Positions 43,820 through 52,983 of a stretch of DNA of 64,000 nt are shown in pieces (the first letter of the stretch is position 1; each line of letters opens with the position of its first letter). The stretch covers positions 18,528 to 82,527 of the IMG/VR virus record IMGVR_UViG_3300048893_000079. One strand, written 5' to 3'. Origin of the DNA: a virus (lineage: Duplodnaviria > Caudoviricetes). The position numbers were made by a program, and so were the translations under genes. Under the pieces are notes generated by a model. That model had not been told where the DNA came from and searched no databases. It saw only the letters and a list, made by a program, of their open reading frames with translations.

Positions 43820-45525
43820 GGCATGCCTTTCCAAATCGTGATGATCGCGCGCTTCGCTGACGGATAGATGACGCCCTGCGAATGCGACCATGACGAAGGA
43901 CCGTGCGTGTAGTCGGCAGTATCCGTGCGCAGCTTGCGGCACGTGCCGACGCTGTGGACGTTCTGCTTGATCGCAGCGGTATGATCGTGGCCCTTGGTGA
44001 TGCGGCGTCCGATCTTCGTGAAGCCAGCGGTCGTGCCGCGCGCTCCGTTGGCGCCGTCATTGCCGTGCGCACCGACTTCGATGCCGCCGCCCTTATCCGG
44101 GCAGACGATGTAGCTCTCGTCACGCGCAAGGAACTTGATGTTCCTCGGAACGCTCGTCCTGCCGGTGACGGCCAGATAGGCTTCGCGAAGAATGATCGGG
44201 AAGTCCTTGTTGACCAGCGTGTAGTTCAGGACGCGGGTGTTCAACTCGCTCCAGAACTGGAAGTTAACCGGATCGTTCATCGCCTTGCGGTTCTTCAGCC
44301 ACGTCAGCAATGCGTTGTCGTGGTTTGAATTCGCCACGATGGTTTCGCACCAGTCGCGTGATGTGTAGTCGAGGAAGTCCGCGACCTCGACGACTTCGCC
44401 GCGCACGTTGTCCTGCTTCTTGACGAGGCGCAGGAACATCTGGTGCGGATCGTCGATGTCGTGATGGTTGCGCGAATACATATCGAAGATGTCGTGCTTC
44501 ACCTGACGCTTCGGATGCAGATAATCGAGCATCCCGCCCTTGCCCCAGATCACCTTCATGACCGTCGGGTCGATGTTGGCGCGGTGCGTGTCGCCGGTCA
44601 CGAGTGTGTCGATTGGATTGCCGGTCGTAAGCTCGCCGTTCTTCACCACCACGTCGAGGTCTTGGAAGTTGCCCTCCGAGTCCGCGTTGATTTGGCGACA
44701 CCACCAGTTGCCCTCATACACTTCGACGAGCAACGCGCCGTACGTGTGATGGAAGTCGGCCTTGAAGCCAGCGTCGCGCTGGATGTAGTTGCGCAGCGTG
44801 ACAGTGCCGGTCGTGTAGAGGAACTTCACCGCTTCATGTTCCATCGACGGCACGCTCTCCATCGCGATAGTCACGTGCGGGAAGATGCCGGACTTACGAC
44901 CGGTCATGCCGCCCTTGCCTGCGAGCGGATTGACCATCGTCGGAATAATGTTCGCGTCGCCGCGCCACACGAGACCCGGCGCCACGTTGCGCTGATCGTC
45001 GGAGAAGTGCGGCTTGAGACGTTCGTCGTACCAGAACGCTTCCTTGCCGCTCTTGTCGATGTCGTTGGTCTGCGCTTCGAGCCACGCCTTCTTGTCCATC
45101 TCAGCGTGACGGCGCTTCTGATAGCTGAAGCGCGAGATGTGAAGCTCGGCCTTGTAGTGGTCCTGGAACACGAGCAGATTGTTGAAGAACTTCTCGTGGA
45201 TATATGTGTTGTTCTGCGCGCACGTGAAGATGAAACGCGTGACGCCGCTGTCCTTCAGTTCGAGCGGCTTGGCTTTCGCAGCGCGACGCTTGCCGCCGAT
45301 GCGCGCCTTCTTGACCACGAGCTTTCCCTTGACGAAGTTCGTGATGTGCTCGCCGGTCTTTGCACCGCGCGGCAGCTTGTCCATCAAGCCCTCGGCGACC
45401 GCTTCTTGGTACAGCCGGTTGACCTTGGTGTACGGCGTCTTCGTCGCCTTCGCGATCTTCTGCAATGATCCGTACTTCGGGAACGCCAGAACGATGTCCT
45501 TGGCTGTGGTCATGCGCTGTGTCAT
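43804..45525 (-). CDS. T5 A1-like protein (HTH plus metallophosphoesterase-like nuclease)
   Basis: RFIFTCAQNNT; NIIPT..NPL.G; TTG.VT.RNYIQ..AG.KA.FHH..GAL.VEV; GD.H; SNHD; HG..GANG; KGH.H. Confidence 0.7.
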   Translation of the reverse strand: MTQRMTTAKDIVLAFPKYGSLQKIAKATKTPYTKVNRLYQEAVAEGLMDKLPRGAKTGEHITNFVKGKLVVKKARIGGKRRAAKAKPLELKDSGVTRFIFTCAQNNTYIHEKFFNNLLVFQDHYKAELHISRFSYQKRRHAEMDKKAWLEAQTNDIDKSGKEAFWYDERLKPHFSDDQRNVAPGLVWRGDANIIPTMVNPLAGKGGMTGRKSGIFPHVTIAMESVPSMEHEAVKFLYTTGTVTLRNYIQRDAGFKADFHHTYGALLVEVYEGNWWCRQINADSEGNFQDLDVVVKNGELTTGNPIDTLVTGDTHRANIDPTVMKVIWGKGGMLDYLHPKRQVKHDIFDMYSRNHHDIDDPHQMFLRLVKKQDNVRGEVVEVADFLDYTSRDWCETIVANSNHDNALLTWLKNRKAMNDPVNFQFWSELNTRVLNYTLVNKDFPIILREAYLAVTGRTSVPRNIKFLARDESYIVCPDKGGGIEVGAHGNDGANGARGTTAGFTKIGRRITKGHDHTAAIKQNVHSVGTCRKLRTDTADYTHGPSSWSHSQGVIYPSAKRAIITIWKGMPWAPR

Positions 45526-45713
45526 TGATTGTTCTCCGGCGTGGGGATGATGAAGACGAACGGTCCATTCGGCAGACGCGAGTAGACAATCTGGTGACGA
45601 CCGTCGTCGTGCTCGACTTGAGCGGTGTATCGGTTGAGCCTGGGGCTGTACTGCGGGGGCTCGACTTGCTTGTAGAGCGCGCCGTTGACGCGGAGCTTAC
45701 GAATGATCGGCAT
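45522..45713 (-). CDS. Hypothetical protein
   Basis: Coupled ORF. Confidence 0.55.
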   Translation of the reverse strand: MPIIRKLRVNGALYKQVEPPQYSPRLNRYTAQVEHDDGRHQIVYSRLPNGPFVFIIPTPENNQ

Positions 45714-46251
45714 TGCCCTGCTCCAAAAGAAGACGGCCAGCATACGCGATCAGCGCGGCCTCCGCAACGCCTTCGTCCACGGTCTTCCGGGCGAACTCCT
45801 TGACATATGCCGGAAAGTATTTGCGGGCCAGATCAAACGATGGCGCCTTCGGATCGTCGATGTTCTTCGGGTAGTCGAGAAGCTTGTGCCACTTCTGAGG
45901 CGTCACGAATGTGTGCGGCAGACCGAGGCTGAGAATGATCCCGAACGGCACTCCGGCCGCGTAGCCGAGCTTGAACATGCTGGCGCCGCCGTCCTTGCGT
46001 CCTTTGCCTGCGGGAGCGGCGCCCCACACGTGCTCGATGAAGACGTGATCGCAGAACAGGAGCGCGGCGGCCCACTCGCGTTGCAGCACCGGCCAGTCGA
46101 TCTCCGACTTGTGCGTGTCCGGCTTGTTGCGATGCTTCTCCGTCCACTTCTCCAGCGGCACGCGGCAGACATCAACGAGCTTGTCGCTCTCGATGTCGTA
46201 CGTGACGAGCGCGCCCTTCTTGCCAGGATCGAAGCCTGCAATAAGTTTCAT
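45697..46251 (-). CDS. RuvC-like Holliday junction resolvase
   Basis: GFDPG..GA; FIE; FKLG...G; VTPQKW; AEAALIA. Confidence 0.82.
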   Translation of the reverse strand: MKLIAGFDPGKKGALVTYDIESDKLVDVCRVPLEKWTEKHRNKPDTHKSEIDWPVLQREWAAALLFCDHVFIEHVWGAAPAGKGRKDGGASMFKLGYAAGVPFGIILSLGLPHTFVTPQKWHKLLDYPKNIDDPKAPSFDLARKYFPAYVKEFARKTVDEGVAEAALIAYAGRLLLEQGNADHS

Positions 46252-46460
46252 AGGCCGATCCAATTGCGGAAGTCGATCAAGCGATCTTCGAACCACCACA
46301 CCAGCCGGTCCCAACGTGTGATGCCGTACCTAAATTCGAAGTCTTCGCGCCAATGCGGATCACTAAGATCGCAGTTGGAATACACGACGTAAAGAATGTC
46401 TCCGCGTTCAGGCTCCGTAGCGCGAATAGTTTCGAGATCAAGTAGAGTGGGCTCGGTCAT
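46248..46460 (-). CDS. Hypothetical protein
   Basis: Coupled ORF. Confidence 0.55.
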   Translation of the reverse strand: MTEPTLLDLETIRATEPERGDILYVVYSNCDLSDPHWREDFEFRYGITRWDRLVWWFEDRLIDFRNWIGL

Positions 46461-46990
46461 TTTCCGCTCCATGCGATAGGCGTCAGATTTTTTCTGAGGT
46501 AAAGGGGATGCGCTGGAGTGCCGTCTTCGTTGCGCTTCAGTAGTGTGAGGTTCGCGCCGAGGTCCACCAGCGTCCGCAGCACGAGCTTGTCGCGCATGAG
46601 ATAGCCGCCGTGCTGGCCCCAAGCGCAGACGACGACATCGGGACGGTTCCAGTAGCACTCCGCTTCGAGGTAGCTAAGGTTCTGCTTCGTGATCTCGGTC
46701 GGCTCGCGCTTGACGCGTAGCTGCTTCGGATCGGTGGCGCGGAGCGGGAAGAGATTGACGACTGTGAGATTGTTGAAGCCCCAGTCGATGCTGTACTGCA
46801 TGCAGCGGCGGATGGTCGGATCATCCTCGCGTGCGTCGGCGGTAGACGGATTGAGCATCACGAACACAGCGCGGCCCTGCCGGTTCTTCGGCGCCATCTC
46901 GTCGCTGTATTGCAGATTGTCGCGGTGAAGCACGAAGCGATACTCTCCGCACTTCGAGATGCAGGCTGCGCGTTTGATGGTGTCTGTCAC
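46457..46990 (-). CDS. DUF1643 family protein
   Basis: FVMLNPSTAD...DDPTIRRC; VNLF..RATDP..L; AWG; P.HPLY. Confidence 0.85.
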   Translation of the reverse strand: MTDTIKRAACISKCGEYRFVLHRDNLQYSDEMAPKNRQGRAVFVMLNPSTADAREDDPTIRRCMQYSIDWGFNNLTVVNLFPLRATDPKQLRVKREPTEITKQNLSYLEAECYWNRPDVVVCAWGQHGGYLMRDKLVLRTLVDLGANLTLLKRNEDGTPAHPLYLRKNLTPIAWSGK

Positions 46991-47220
46991 AGTTGGTCGC
47001 TCACACTCTGAAGCTTGTAGCTGACGGTGCGGTTGCGCTTCGCTGCGCGTGCCGCCTTCATGATCGCTTCGCAGACACGCTCCGCGTATTCCGGGTGGAA
47101 GCTCAAGCTCGACACGTCGCAGCAATCGACCGCGAGGATGTGGACGAGAGGACTGCGCTTGCCGTTCTCCTGCGGAACACCGCTGTGTCCGTACCCGTGG
47201 ATTGAGAAGTCTTCGCTCAC
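46987..47220 (-). CDS. Hypothetical protein
   Basis: GGAG SD, GTG start. Confidence 0.55.
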   Translation of the reverse strand: MSEDFSIHGYGHSGVPQENGKRSPLVHILAVDCCDVSSLSFHPEYAERVCEAIMKAARAAKRNRTVSYKLQSVSDQL

Positions 47221-47224
47221 TGCC

Positions 47225-47476
47225 TCACTCCTTCGCAACAGTCAGAATAACCGGCGGATGCGTACGGCCGACAACGTACAGCAGAACGAGCGCGCCCTCA
47301 TTGAGCAGCTTGAGTTCGGCTTCGCTCGGTCTCCAGAATGAAACCATACGCGGAATGTCTCCACCGCCGATCTCGTCACGGATTGGAAGTGAACCACATG
47401 GACCGTGCGTCTCGTCGTCCCAACCATGGGGCTTACCGAGTTCGCGAGTGCAACCGTCGATTTTTACGGGCTTCAT
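47225..47476 (-). CDS. Hypothetical conserved phage protein
   Basis: LGKP.GWD....GPC..LPI; FWRP...EL..LN.G. Confidence 0.65.
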   Translation of the reverse strand: MKPVKIDGCTRELGKPHGWDDETHGPCGSLPIRDEIGGGDIPRMVSFWRPSEAELKLLNEGALVLLYVVGRTHPPVILTVAKE

Positions 47477-47480
47477 ATCC

Positions 47481-49559
47481 TCACTCCTTGTGATACCGGA
47501 TGCCGGTCCAACCCGACGCTGTGATCGGGCATCCATCCGCCCAAGGCGGCACCACGCACATCAGTGTATCAAACTCTTCGCTCGATCCAAAGTCCGATTT
47601 GGTCTCGCAGATGATCTCGTCATGGACCGTCAAAACGATGGGATAACCGGCCTGTTCGACGCGGATCATTGCCTCGACCATGAGGTCGCGGCTGATCGCC
47701 TGCACGATATTTTCCGTGAGCATGCCGCCGTAGGTCTTGATCCGTCCCCACATGCCGCCGCGCTTGTTGTCCTTGCCTTCGTACGTCAGTTCCCACTTCT
47801 CGCGGCCCCACTTGTCGATATAGCTCTCGACCTTTGGATTGTAGTACCAAAGCTTGCGACCGTTCGGCAGTGTGCAAGTCAGCCACGTGCCCGCCGCGTT
47901 GACGACCTTCTCGTACGTGACGTACGCGTAGGAGAACGGACCCTCGAAGCGCACCGCGTTGATCGCAGTCTCTTCGACGCCGTACCATCCGGCGACGATG
48001 TTCGGATGCGCCTCGCGCCAAGCGACCTTATAGCTATCAACCGTGTCGTCATCGACGTAACCCGGATCGCCCTCTTGCCGCGTGTCGAAGTTGCGCCACG
48101 CTCCGATGCCGCCCTGATAACCGAACGCGAGTTCGCACATCTTGCCGATTTGACGCAGAGCCTTGTGCAGCTTCTTGGAGACGGGATGGCCAAAGATCAT
48201 CGCAGCGGCGGCGCAGTACATATCGTCGCTGCCCTTGTAACCGTTGCCGCGATCCACTTCGATGAACGCGTCGAGCTTCCACTCTTCGTTATAGAGCCAT
48301 GCGGTGACGCGCGCTTCGATGGCCGCGAAGTCGGCGACGTAGAACTTGTTGCCGGGGCCAGCGATAATCATTCCGCGCAGCGCGCTGGCGATAGCGTTCA
48401 TCGCGTCGCCGTACAGGATGTCGAGGTAGTCCGGGTTGACGGTGCGAATGCTTTCGATAAGGCCGACCATGCCTTGCTCGTCCGCTTCGCCGAAGATCGC
48501 GGAGAAGAGCGAGAGGATCGTTTCGTCGCCGCGCGGGAAGTTCTGCGGCTGGATCAGGCGTCCGGCCCAACGGCCTGTGCCTGCGCCGTGGTACTGAAGC
48601 AGTCCGTGCGCTCGACCGTCGGCCGCGCAACACGAGAGGAATTTAACGAGCTTCTTCGCGCTGGCCTTCGAGAGTGTCTGCCGGATTTGGAAGACGCGAC
48701 GAACGACTGGCGCCAAATCCTTGCGGTCCAGTGCGCGCTTCACGGTGTCGGCAGTGAGATCGCCGACCGCGCATCCCTGCGTGGCGAACCACTCCTTCAT
48801 CGCCGGGAGCTTCGTGCCTTCCGACACCATGCCGCCAGTGATGGCGAACAGTTCCTTGTTCAGCGCGTTCTCGACAAGCTCGACGACCTTGATCGCGGCG
48901 TTGACCGTATCGGTATCGACGCAGACGCCACGGTCGTTGATGATTTGGTCGAGCACCCAGATTTTATATTCGGGCGGCGGGAGATTGCCGATCATCTCCT
49001 TCAGCGCCCACTCAGTATCCGCGTCGTTGCCGCAGTAGGTGTAAAGCTCTTCGAGCAACAAGGGATCGTTGCATCGGCGTTCAGGATTTTTCTTGGTCGG
49101 CTTCTGCGGGCGCGAGAGTTTCTGGAGCAGATATTTGCCGCGCTTGTCCTTCTTCGTATCGAGGTTGAGCACGTCGCCGACATCATCGAGGCTTTGCGGC
49201 AGCGCGTGATACGCGCACACGGCCATCGAGTCTTTCCAGCGGCGCGGCCAGGGTATCTCTTGTCTCGGCTCCGGCAAGTTCTTCCACTGCATCAGCACGT
49301 ACTTCCAGATCGCGCGCTCGAACCCGGCGTTGTGCGCTTCGATGAACTGGCTGTTGTTGATGTGATCGAGAACGAGTTGCGGGAACGGCTCGCGGCCCGG
49401 CACCCAGACCTTGGCCTTCGGCATGTCCTTCGTGCGGTACGACATGCACAGAATTTCGGTCGATGAATGCTGCGCGTAGACGGTGGCGCCGCACTCCTTC
49501 AGATCGCACTCCGAATACGTTTCGAAGTCGATCACCATGTCTTCGAGCACAACGCTCAT
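47481..49559 (-). CDS. Family A DNA polymerase with a 3'-5' exonuclease domain
   Basis: IDFET, AHNAGFE; motif A ADFAAIEAR, motif B RQIGKMCELAFGY (Leu at the 762-equivalent), motif C TVHDEI. Confidence 0.95.
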   Translation of the reverse strand: MSVVLEDMVIDFETYSECDLKECGATVYAQHSSTEILCMSYRTKDMPKAKVWVPGREPFPQLVLDHINNSQFIEAHNAGFERAIWKYVLMQWKNLPEPRQEIPWPRRWKDSMAVCAYHALPQSLDDVGDVLNLDTKKDKRGKYLLQKLSRPQKPTKKNPERRCNDPLLLEELYTYCGNDADTEWALKEMIGNLPPPEYKIWVLDQIINDRGVCVDTDTVNAAIKVVELVENALNKELFAITGGMVSEGTKLPAMKEWFATQGCAVGDLTADTVKRALDRKDLAPVVRRVFQIRQTLSKASAKKLVKFLSCCAADGRAHGLLQYHGAGTGRWAGRLIQPQNFPRGDETILSLFSAIFGEADEQGMVGLIESIRTVNPDYLDILYGDAMNAIASALRGMIIAGPGNKFYVADFAAIEARVTAWLYNEEWKLDAFIEVDRGNGYKGSDDMYCAAAAMIFGHPVSKKLHKALRQIGKMCELAFGYQGGIGAWRNFDTRQEGDPGYVDDDTVDSYKVAWREAHPNIVAGWYGVEETAINAVRFEGPFSYAYVTYEKVVNAAGTWLTCTLPNGRKLWYYNPKVESYIDKWGREKWELTYEGKDNKRGGMWGRIKTYGGMLTENIVQAISRDLMVEAMIRVEQAGYPIVLTVHDEIICETKSDFGSSEEFDTLMCVVPPWADGCPITASGWTGIRYHKE

Positions 49560-49803
49560 GCATGCTCCTCAAAACATTAGCGCCGGGCGGAGCCTCCGCT
49601 CGACACCCGGCGCTAACTGAAGGAAAGAGCGGGAAGGCACCGCTCCGTCCTCCTCCACCAGTGCCGCCGACCCGAACAAACGGCGACACCGATTTGAAAC
49701 TCTGTCCCGTTTCTCACAATGCGACGGGACCACTCGCTACGCCGTCACGTGTGACGACGAATTTAGACGGGGCTGTTAGCCGTCCTATCCGTTCCAGTCG
49801 CGA
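49560..49803 (-). other. Highly structured 244-nt interval between ssb and DNA polymerase
   Basis: At least five stems, e.g. TTAGCGCCGGG/CCCGGCGCTAA, GAGCGG/CCGCTC, GTCCCGT/ACGGGAC, CGTCAC/GTGACG. Confidence 0.55.
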
Positions 49804-50538
49804 CTAGAACGGGATTTCGTCCTCCATGCCCTCGGTCGGATTGTGATCCGAGGCTCCGCCGGACACGCCGTCGAAGCGATCCATCTCCGACGTGCCACCG
49901 AGCGGCTTGCCCGTGCGCGTGAAGCGGATGCTGTTGAGGTACGGCTTGAGGTATCGAACGCCCGCGACCGTCATGGCGACGATGCCGATGGTTGCGAACG
50001 CGTAATTGCCGCCAGTGAACACCGACTTGGCTTTCGCGATGTCGCCATCGAGAGTGCGGTCGAGCGTCTTGAACGTCTTGGGGCCAGTGACCATCGACAT
50101 TGCGGGCGGCTGGATGGTATCGACCTTGTTTGAGGTCAACGACATCACACGCACGCCTGCGTAGTGATCGGCTTTCTTGCCCTTCTCTTCGCGCTGCGCC
50201 TTCAAGACATCGCCGCGCTTCACCGGCCAACCTTTGCCGCCGTTGCCGAACTTGTCTTTCTGACCGTCGAAGATTTCTTTGATGTTCTGACCCGGCCAAG
50301 CTTCCTGTGCCAGAGACACGAGCAGCTTGAGCAAGTTCACATCGACGTACTTGCCGGTGGCCTCGTCGAAAGCCTTGAAGGAATCGAGCGCGGCCTCTTC
50401 GAAGAGGGCTTCGACTTGGTAGGCTTCCTTGCCGGTGGGCTTGCCGTTTTCCATGTACGGATGCGCAACAACGATGTGCGGAAACGACATGCGAAACTCA
50501 GGCGTGACGAGAGAACGTGAGGGATTTTTGGATGCCAT
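49804..50538 (-). CDS. Single-stranded DNA-binding protein (DUF2815/T7 gp2.5-like)
   Basis: TPEFR.SFP; LNSIRF...G..LGG; acidic tail EDEIPF. Confidence 0.82.
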   Translation of the reverse strand: MASKNPSRSLVTPEFRMSFPHIVVAHPYMENGKPTGKEAYQVEALFEEAALDSFKAFDEATGKYVDVNLLKLLVSLAQEAWPGQNIKEIFDGQKDKFGNGGKGWPVKRGDVLKAQREEKGKKADHYAGVRVMSLTSNKVDTIQPPAMSMVTGPKTFKTLDRTLDGDIAKAKSVFTGGNYAFATIGIVAMTVAGVRYLKPYLNSIRFTRTGKPLGGTSEMDRFDGVSGGASDHNPTEGMEDEIPF

Positions 50539-50574
50539 GGGACTTCTCCTGGTTGACTATGGACTACTAGATGC

Positions 50575-50608
50575 GCCCTTTATATCAGACTACGGACGGT
50601 TTGCAAAG
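50575..50608 (-). promoter_or_regulatory. Promoter upstream of ssb
   Basis: TTGCAA-N16-TATAAA; shares CTTTGCAAACC with 56126-56136. Confidence 0.55.
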
Positions 50609-50609
50609 C

Positions 50610-50858
50610 TCAACTTTTCTCCACCAAATCAAGCTCCTCGTACTCCTCCGGGTCGATGACGTAGAGCAGATAGTGCCCGCTTTTGGTCGGCCCGGCCACG
50701 ACGGCGATCTTGGTCCGGCTGCGGCCTTCCTCCATGCGAGCTATCGGGACGATCTCTTCGTTCGCGAGGTAGACTTGCTTGCCGGTGAGGTCGAAGGCGA
50801 CGGCGGCGTACTGCGCATTTTCGGGAGCATCGCCATCGAATCCATCTGTGTCAGCCAT
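50610..50858 (-). CDS. Hypothetical protein
   Basis: GAGGAGG SD. Confidence 0.6.
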   Translation of the reverse strand: MADTDGFDGDAPENAQYAAVAFDLTGKQVYLANEEIVPIARMEEGRSRTKIAVVAGPTKSGHYLLYVIDPEEYEELDLVEKS

Positions 50859-51004
50859 TGCACGACCTCCTCGTCTTGAAAGAGCATGTCGATTGCGACC
50901 TTATCATATTCGTGGCCGCCCGGCGACAGAAACTCCTTCGTGTGTACCGCGATGCTTCCGAGCTTAACCAGCAAGGATGCCGACGGTTGCATCGGATTCG
51001 TCAT
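50741..51004 (-). CDS. Hypothetical protein overlapping the next gene by 118 nt
   Basis: LLVKLGSIAVH..E.LSP.GH..D; GGAG SD. Confidence 0.55.
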   Translation of the reverse strand: MTNPMQPSASLLVKLGSIAVHTKEFLSPGGHEYDKVAIDMLFQDEEVVQWLTQMDSMAMLPKMRSTPPSPSTSPASKSTSRTKRSSR

Positions 51005-51218
51005 GTTTTGTCTCCTTCAACTTCATCGCGGCTTCGCGGCCCAACGTGGCGCCGAGAATGAGCGGGTCTATTTCGCTGGCCTTCTCGAACTGAGTAGCGG
51101 CGACTCTGACCGATAGGTCTTCAAGCGGTGCGAGGTACGCACGGACGAAATCCTTGTACCACTTTTCGCGCCGGTCCATCTCGCCTGCGAACTGGTTGCG
51201 CCACACGCCGCGTGCCAT
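50964..51218 (-). CDS. Hypothetical protein
   Basis: TGATG coupling. Confidence 0.55.
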   Translation of the reverse strand: MARGVWRNQFAGEMDRREKWYKDFVRAYLAPLEDLSVRVAATQFEKASEIDPLILGATLGREAAMKLKETKHDESDATVGILAG

Positions 51219-51328
51219 CAGATGACACCCGTGATCGCGAAGATCAGCATGATAGCCGACAGCGAGATCAATGTGAGTTGCAGCATGCGCGACTGAAACG
51301 TCACGTCGCTGCCGTAGCTATCGCCCAC
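51218..51328 (-). CDS. Small membrane peptide
   Basis: AGGAG SD, GTG start. Confidence 0.45.
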   Translation of the reverse strand: MGDSYGSDVTFQSRMLQLTLISLSAIMLIFAITGVI

Positions 51329-51518
51329 TGTCGGTCTCCTTATACGATCTAGTCCAGACGGAAGTGAAGCCCGACGCGATGTGCGGAGAGTTGGGGATCG
51401 AGGCGATGTGCGTCCAGCCATTAGCGACGCACGCGGCGATCTCCCCTTCGGCCTTCTCACGCGCGTCCGGTGTCGCGGTGAATGCCAGAATGATCTTCAC
51501 CTTGGTGGTGCTCACCAC
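51318..51518 (-). CDS. Hypothetical protein
   Basis: Packed ORF. Confidence 0.5.
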   Translation of the reverse strand: MVSTTKVKIILAFTATPDAREKAEGEIAACVANGWTHIASIPNSPHIASGFTSVWTRSYKETDSGR

Positions 51519-52768
51519 ACGTGCTCCTCTTCGCTGACGCCCTGCGCCTCGTCATACGAGTGCTGCGTCGAAACAAACTCTTCGCGCTTGTCGCTGCGCG
51601 GTGCAAGCGTGATGCCGGTCTCCGGCTTCATCGACCACTGCGCCACTAGCTTCTTGCCGCCTTCGAGCTTTTCGATCTTCGGTGGCGACAGCAACTCCGG
51701 CGTGCTGTACGCCTTGTCGCCGAACGTCTTCTTGATTTCTTCCTCGGCGCCGTCTTTCCAGACGCGCGATGCGATCTTGCGAACCAGTTTCCAGTGTTCG
51801 AACTTCGAGCCCTTCAGACCACGGGCCAGGATTTCATCCTGCACGCGGTCGTACAGTGCGGCAAGCTGCTTCAGCTTGACGGCCTGGGCGTCGAGTTCGC
51901 TGTCGTTCAGCGTGACCGGCAGAAGCTCCGGGTTGATCTCGTCCACAAATTTCGTGAGCAGCGGGCAATGATCGGACGCCGGGCAGAACTTGCACCACTC
52001 GCCTGCGACGAGGATCGCTTTTGGATTGCGCGTCTCTTGGATCGCGGGCAGAACCTCGCCGTAGAACCAGCGGCCTAGTTCGTTCCGGTTAGTGATATGC
52101 TTGCGCACGACGCCCTTCGGATGCGGGATGCGCGGCTGGATGATGATAAGCTCGCAGATCGTATTCGGATCGACGAACAGCGCGTCCTTCAGATTGCGAT
52201 CTTCGCCGACATCGAAACCGGACTTCTTGAGATCGCCGTATGTCTGGTACGTGTCGAACGAGTATTGGCCGTAGCTACGAAGCTGTTCGTCGTCCGGCTC
52301 GACCACGACGCCGATGCCGTACTTGAAGTCGCCAACGATGATACGCTGGCGCGGGACCACGATGATGATGTCCGATGTGCCGAACGCGTCCGGGTCTTCC
52401 GGCGATGCGACGCGGCGCTCGACGAGAATATAGGCGCCCTCGTCCTTGTACTTCGCGTACTTTGCACGCGCCCAGTCGAGCGCGACTTGCACGGCGTCCG
52501 TCATCTCTGGTGTGGCCGTGAACTCCCACGACTCGACGCGGATTTTCTCGCCGGTATGTTCCCACGCTTCGTCGCCTGACGTGAGGCAGCGGGCGAGTAG
52601 ATCATGCGCGGCAGTTCCTTCGGCCGCAGCGATACCGGACTTGCGCGCCTTGTCGCCGAGCTTCTCGACGAGCGCGACGGAGCCCGCGCAATTCATCCAC
52701 CGCGATGCGGAGGACGGTCCGATGCGGCTATGTACTTTGCCGCCTTCTTCGAGTTCGAGTTCAGCCAT
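51512..52768 (-). CDS. Cas4-like PD-(D/E)XK exonuclease (DUF2800)
   Basis: HS.IGPSSASRW.NC; EGT.AH; FGTSD; DFKYG.G; WCKFCPA...CP. Confidence 0.88.
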   Translation of the reverse strand: MAELELEEGGKVHSRIGPSSASRWMNCAGSVALVEKLGDKARKSGIAAAEGTAAHDLLARCLTSGDEAWEHTGEKIRVESWEFTATPEMTDAVQVALDWARAKYAKYKDEGAYILVERRVASPEDPDAFGTSDIIIVVPRQRIIVGDFKYGIGVVVEPDDEQLRSYGQYSFDTYQTYGDLKKSGFDVGEDRNLKDALFVDPNTICELIIIQPRIPHPKGVVRKHITNRNELGRWFYGEVLPAIQETRNPKAILVAGEWCKFCPASDHCPLLTKFVDEINPELLPVTLNDSELDAQAVKLKQLAALYDRVQDEILARGLKGSKFEHWKLVRKIASRVWKDGAEEEIKKTFGDKAYSTPELLSPPKIEKLEGGKKLVAQWSMKPETGITLAPRSDKREEFVSTQHSYDEAQGVSEEEHVW

Positions 52769-52983
52769 TACGACACCTTCAGCTTCGAGAGCGGCGCCTT
52801 GATGTACGGAGCGCCGGAGAGGGTTTGCATGTTGCTGCTCGTGATAGCGTCGATCATCCACGTCTGTTCGTCACGCGTGAGATGACCGGACTGCACTTCG
52901 GCAAAGACCTCAATCGAAACTCGACCGAACTCTGTCTTGACCGTCACCGTACGACGGTGATATTTAACTTTTGCTTTTGCCAT
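52768..52983 (-). CDS. Hypothetical protein
   Basis: TAATG coupling. Confidence 0.55.
   Translation of the reverse strand: MAKAKVKYHRRTVTVKTEFGRVSIEVFAEVQSGHLTRDEQTWMIDAITSSNMQTLSGAPYIKAPLSKLKVS

Noticed and set aside
49640-49660. tmRNA-like 3' end (CTCCACCA) on the + strand
   Set aside because: No T-arm or tag ORF; it is the complement of an SD-like sequence on the coding strand.
51512-52768. CRISPR-associated Cas4
   Set aside because: No array or other cas genes; standard DUF2800 nuclease in the SSB-PolA-SNF2 module.
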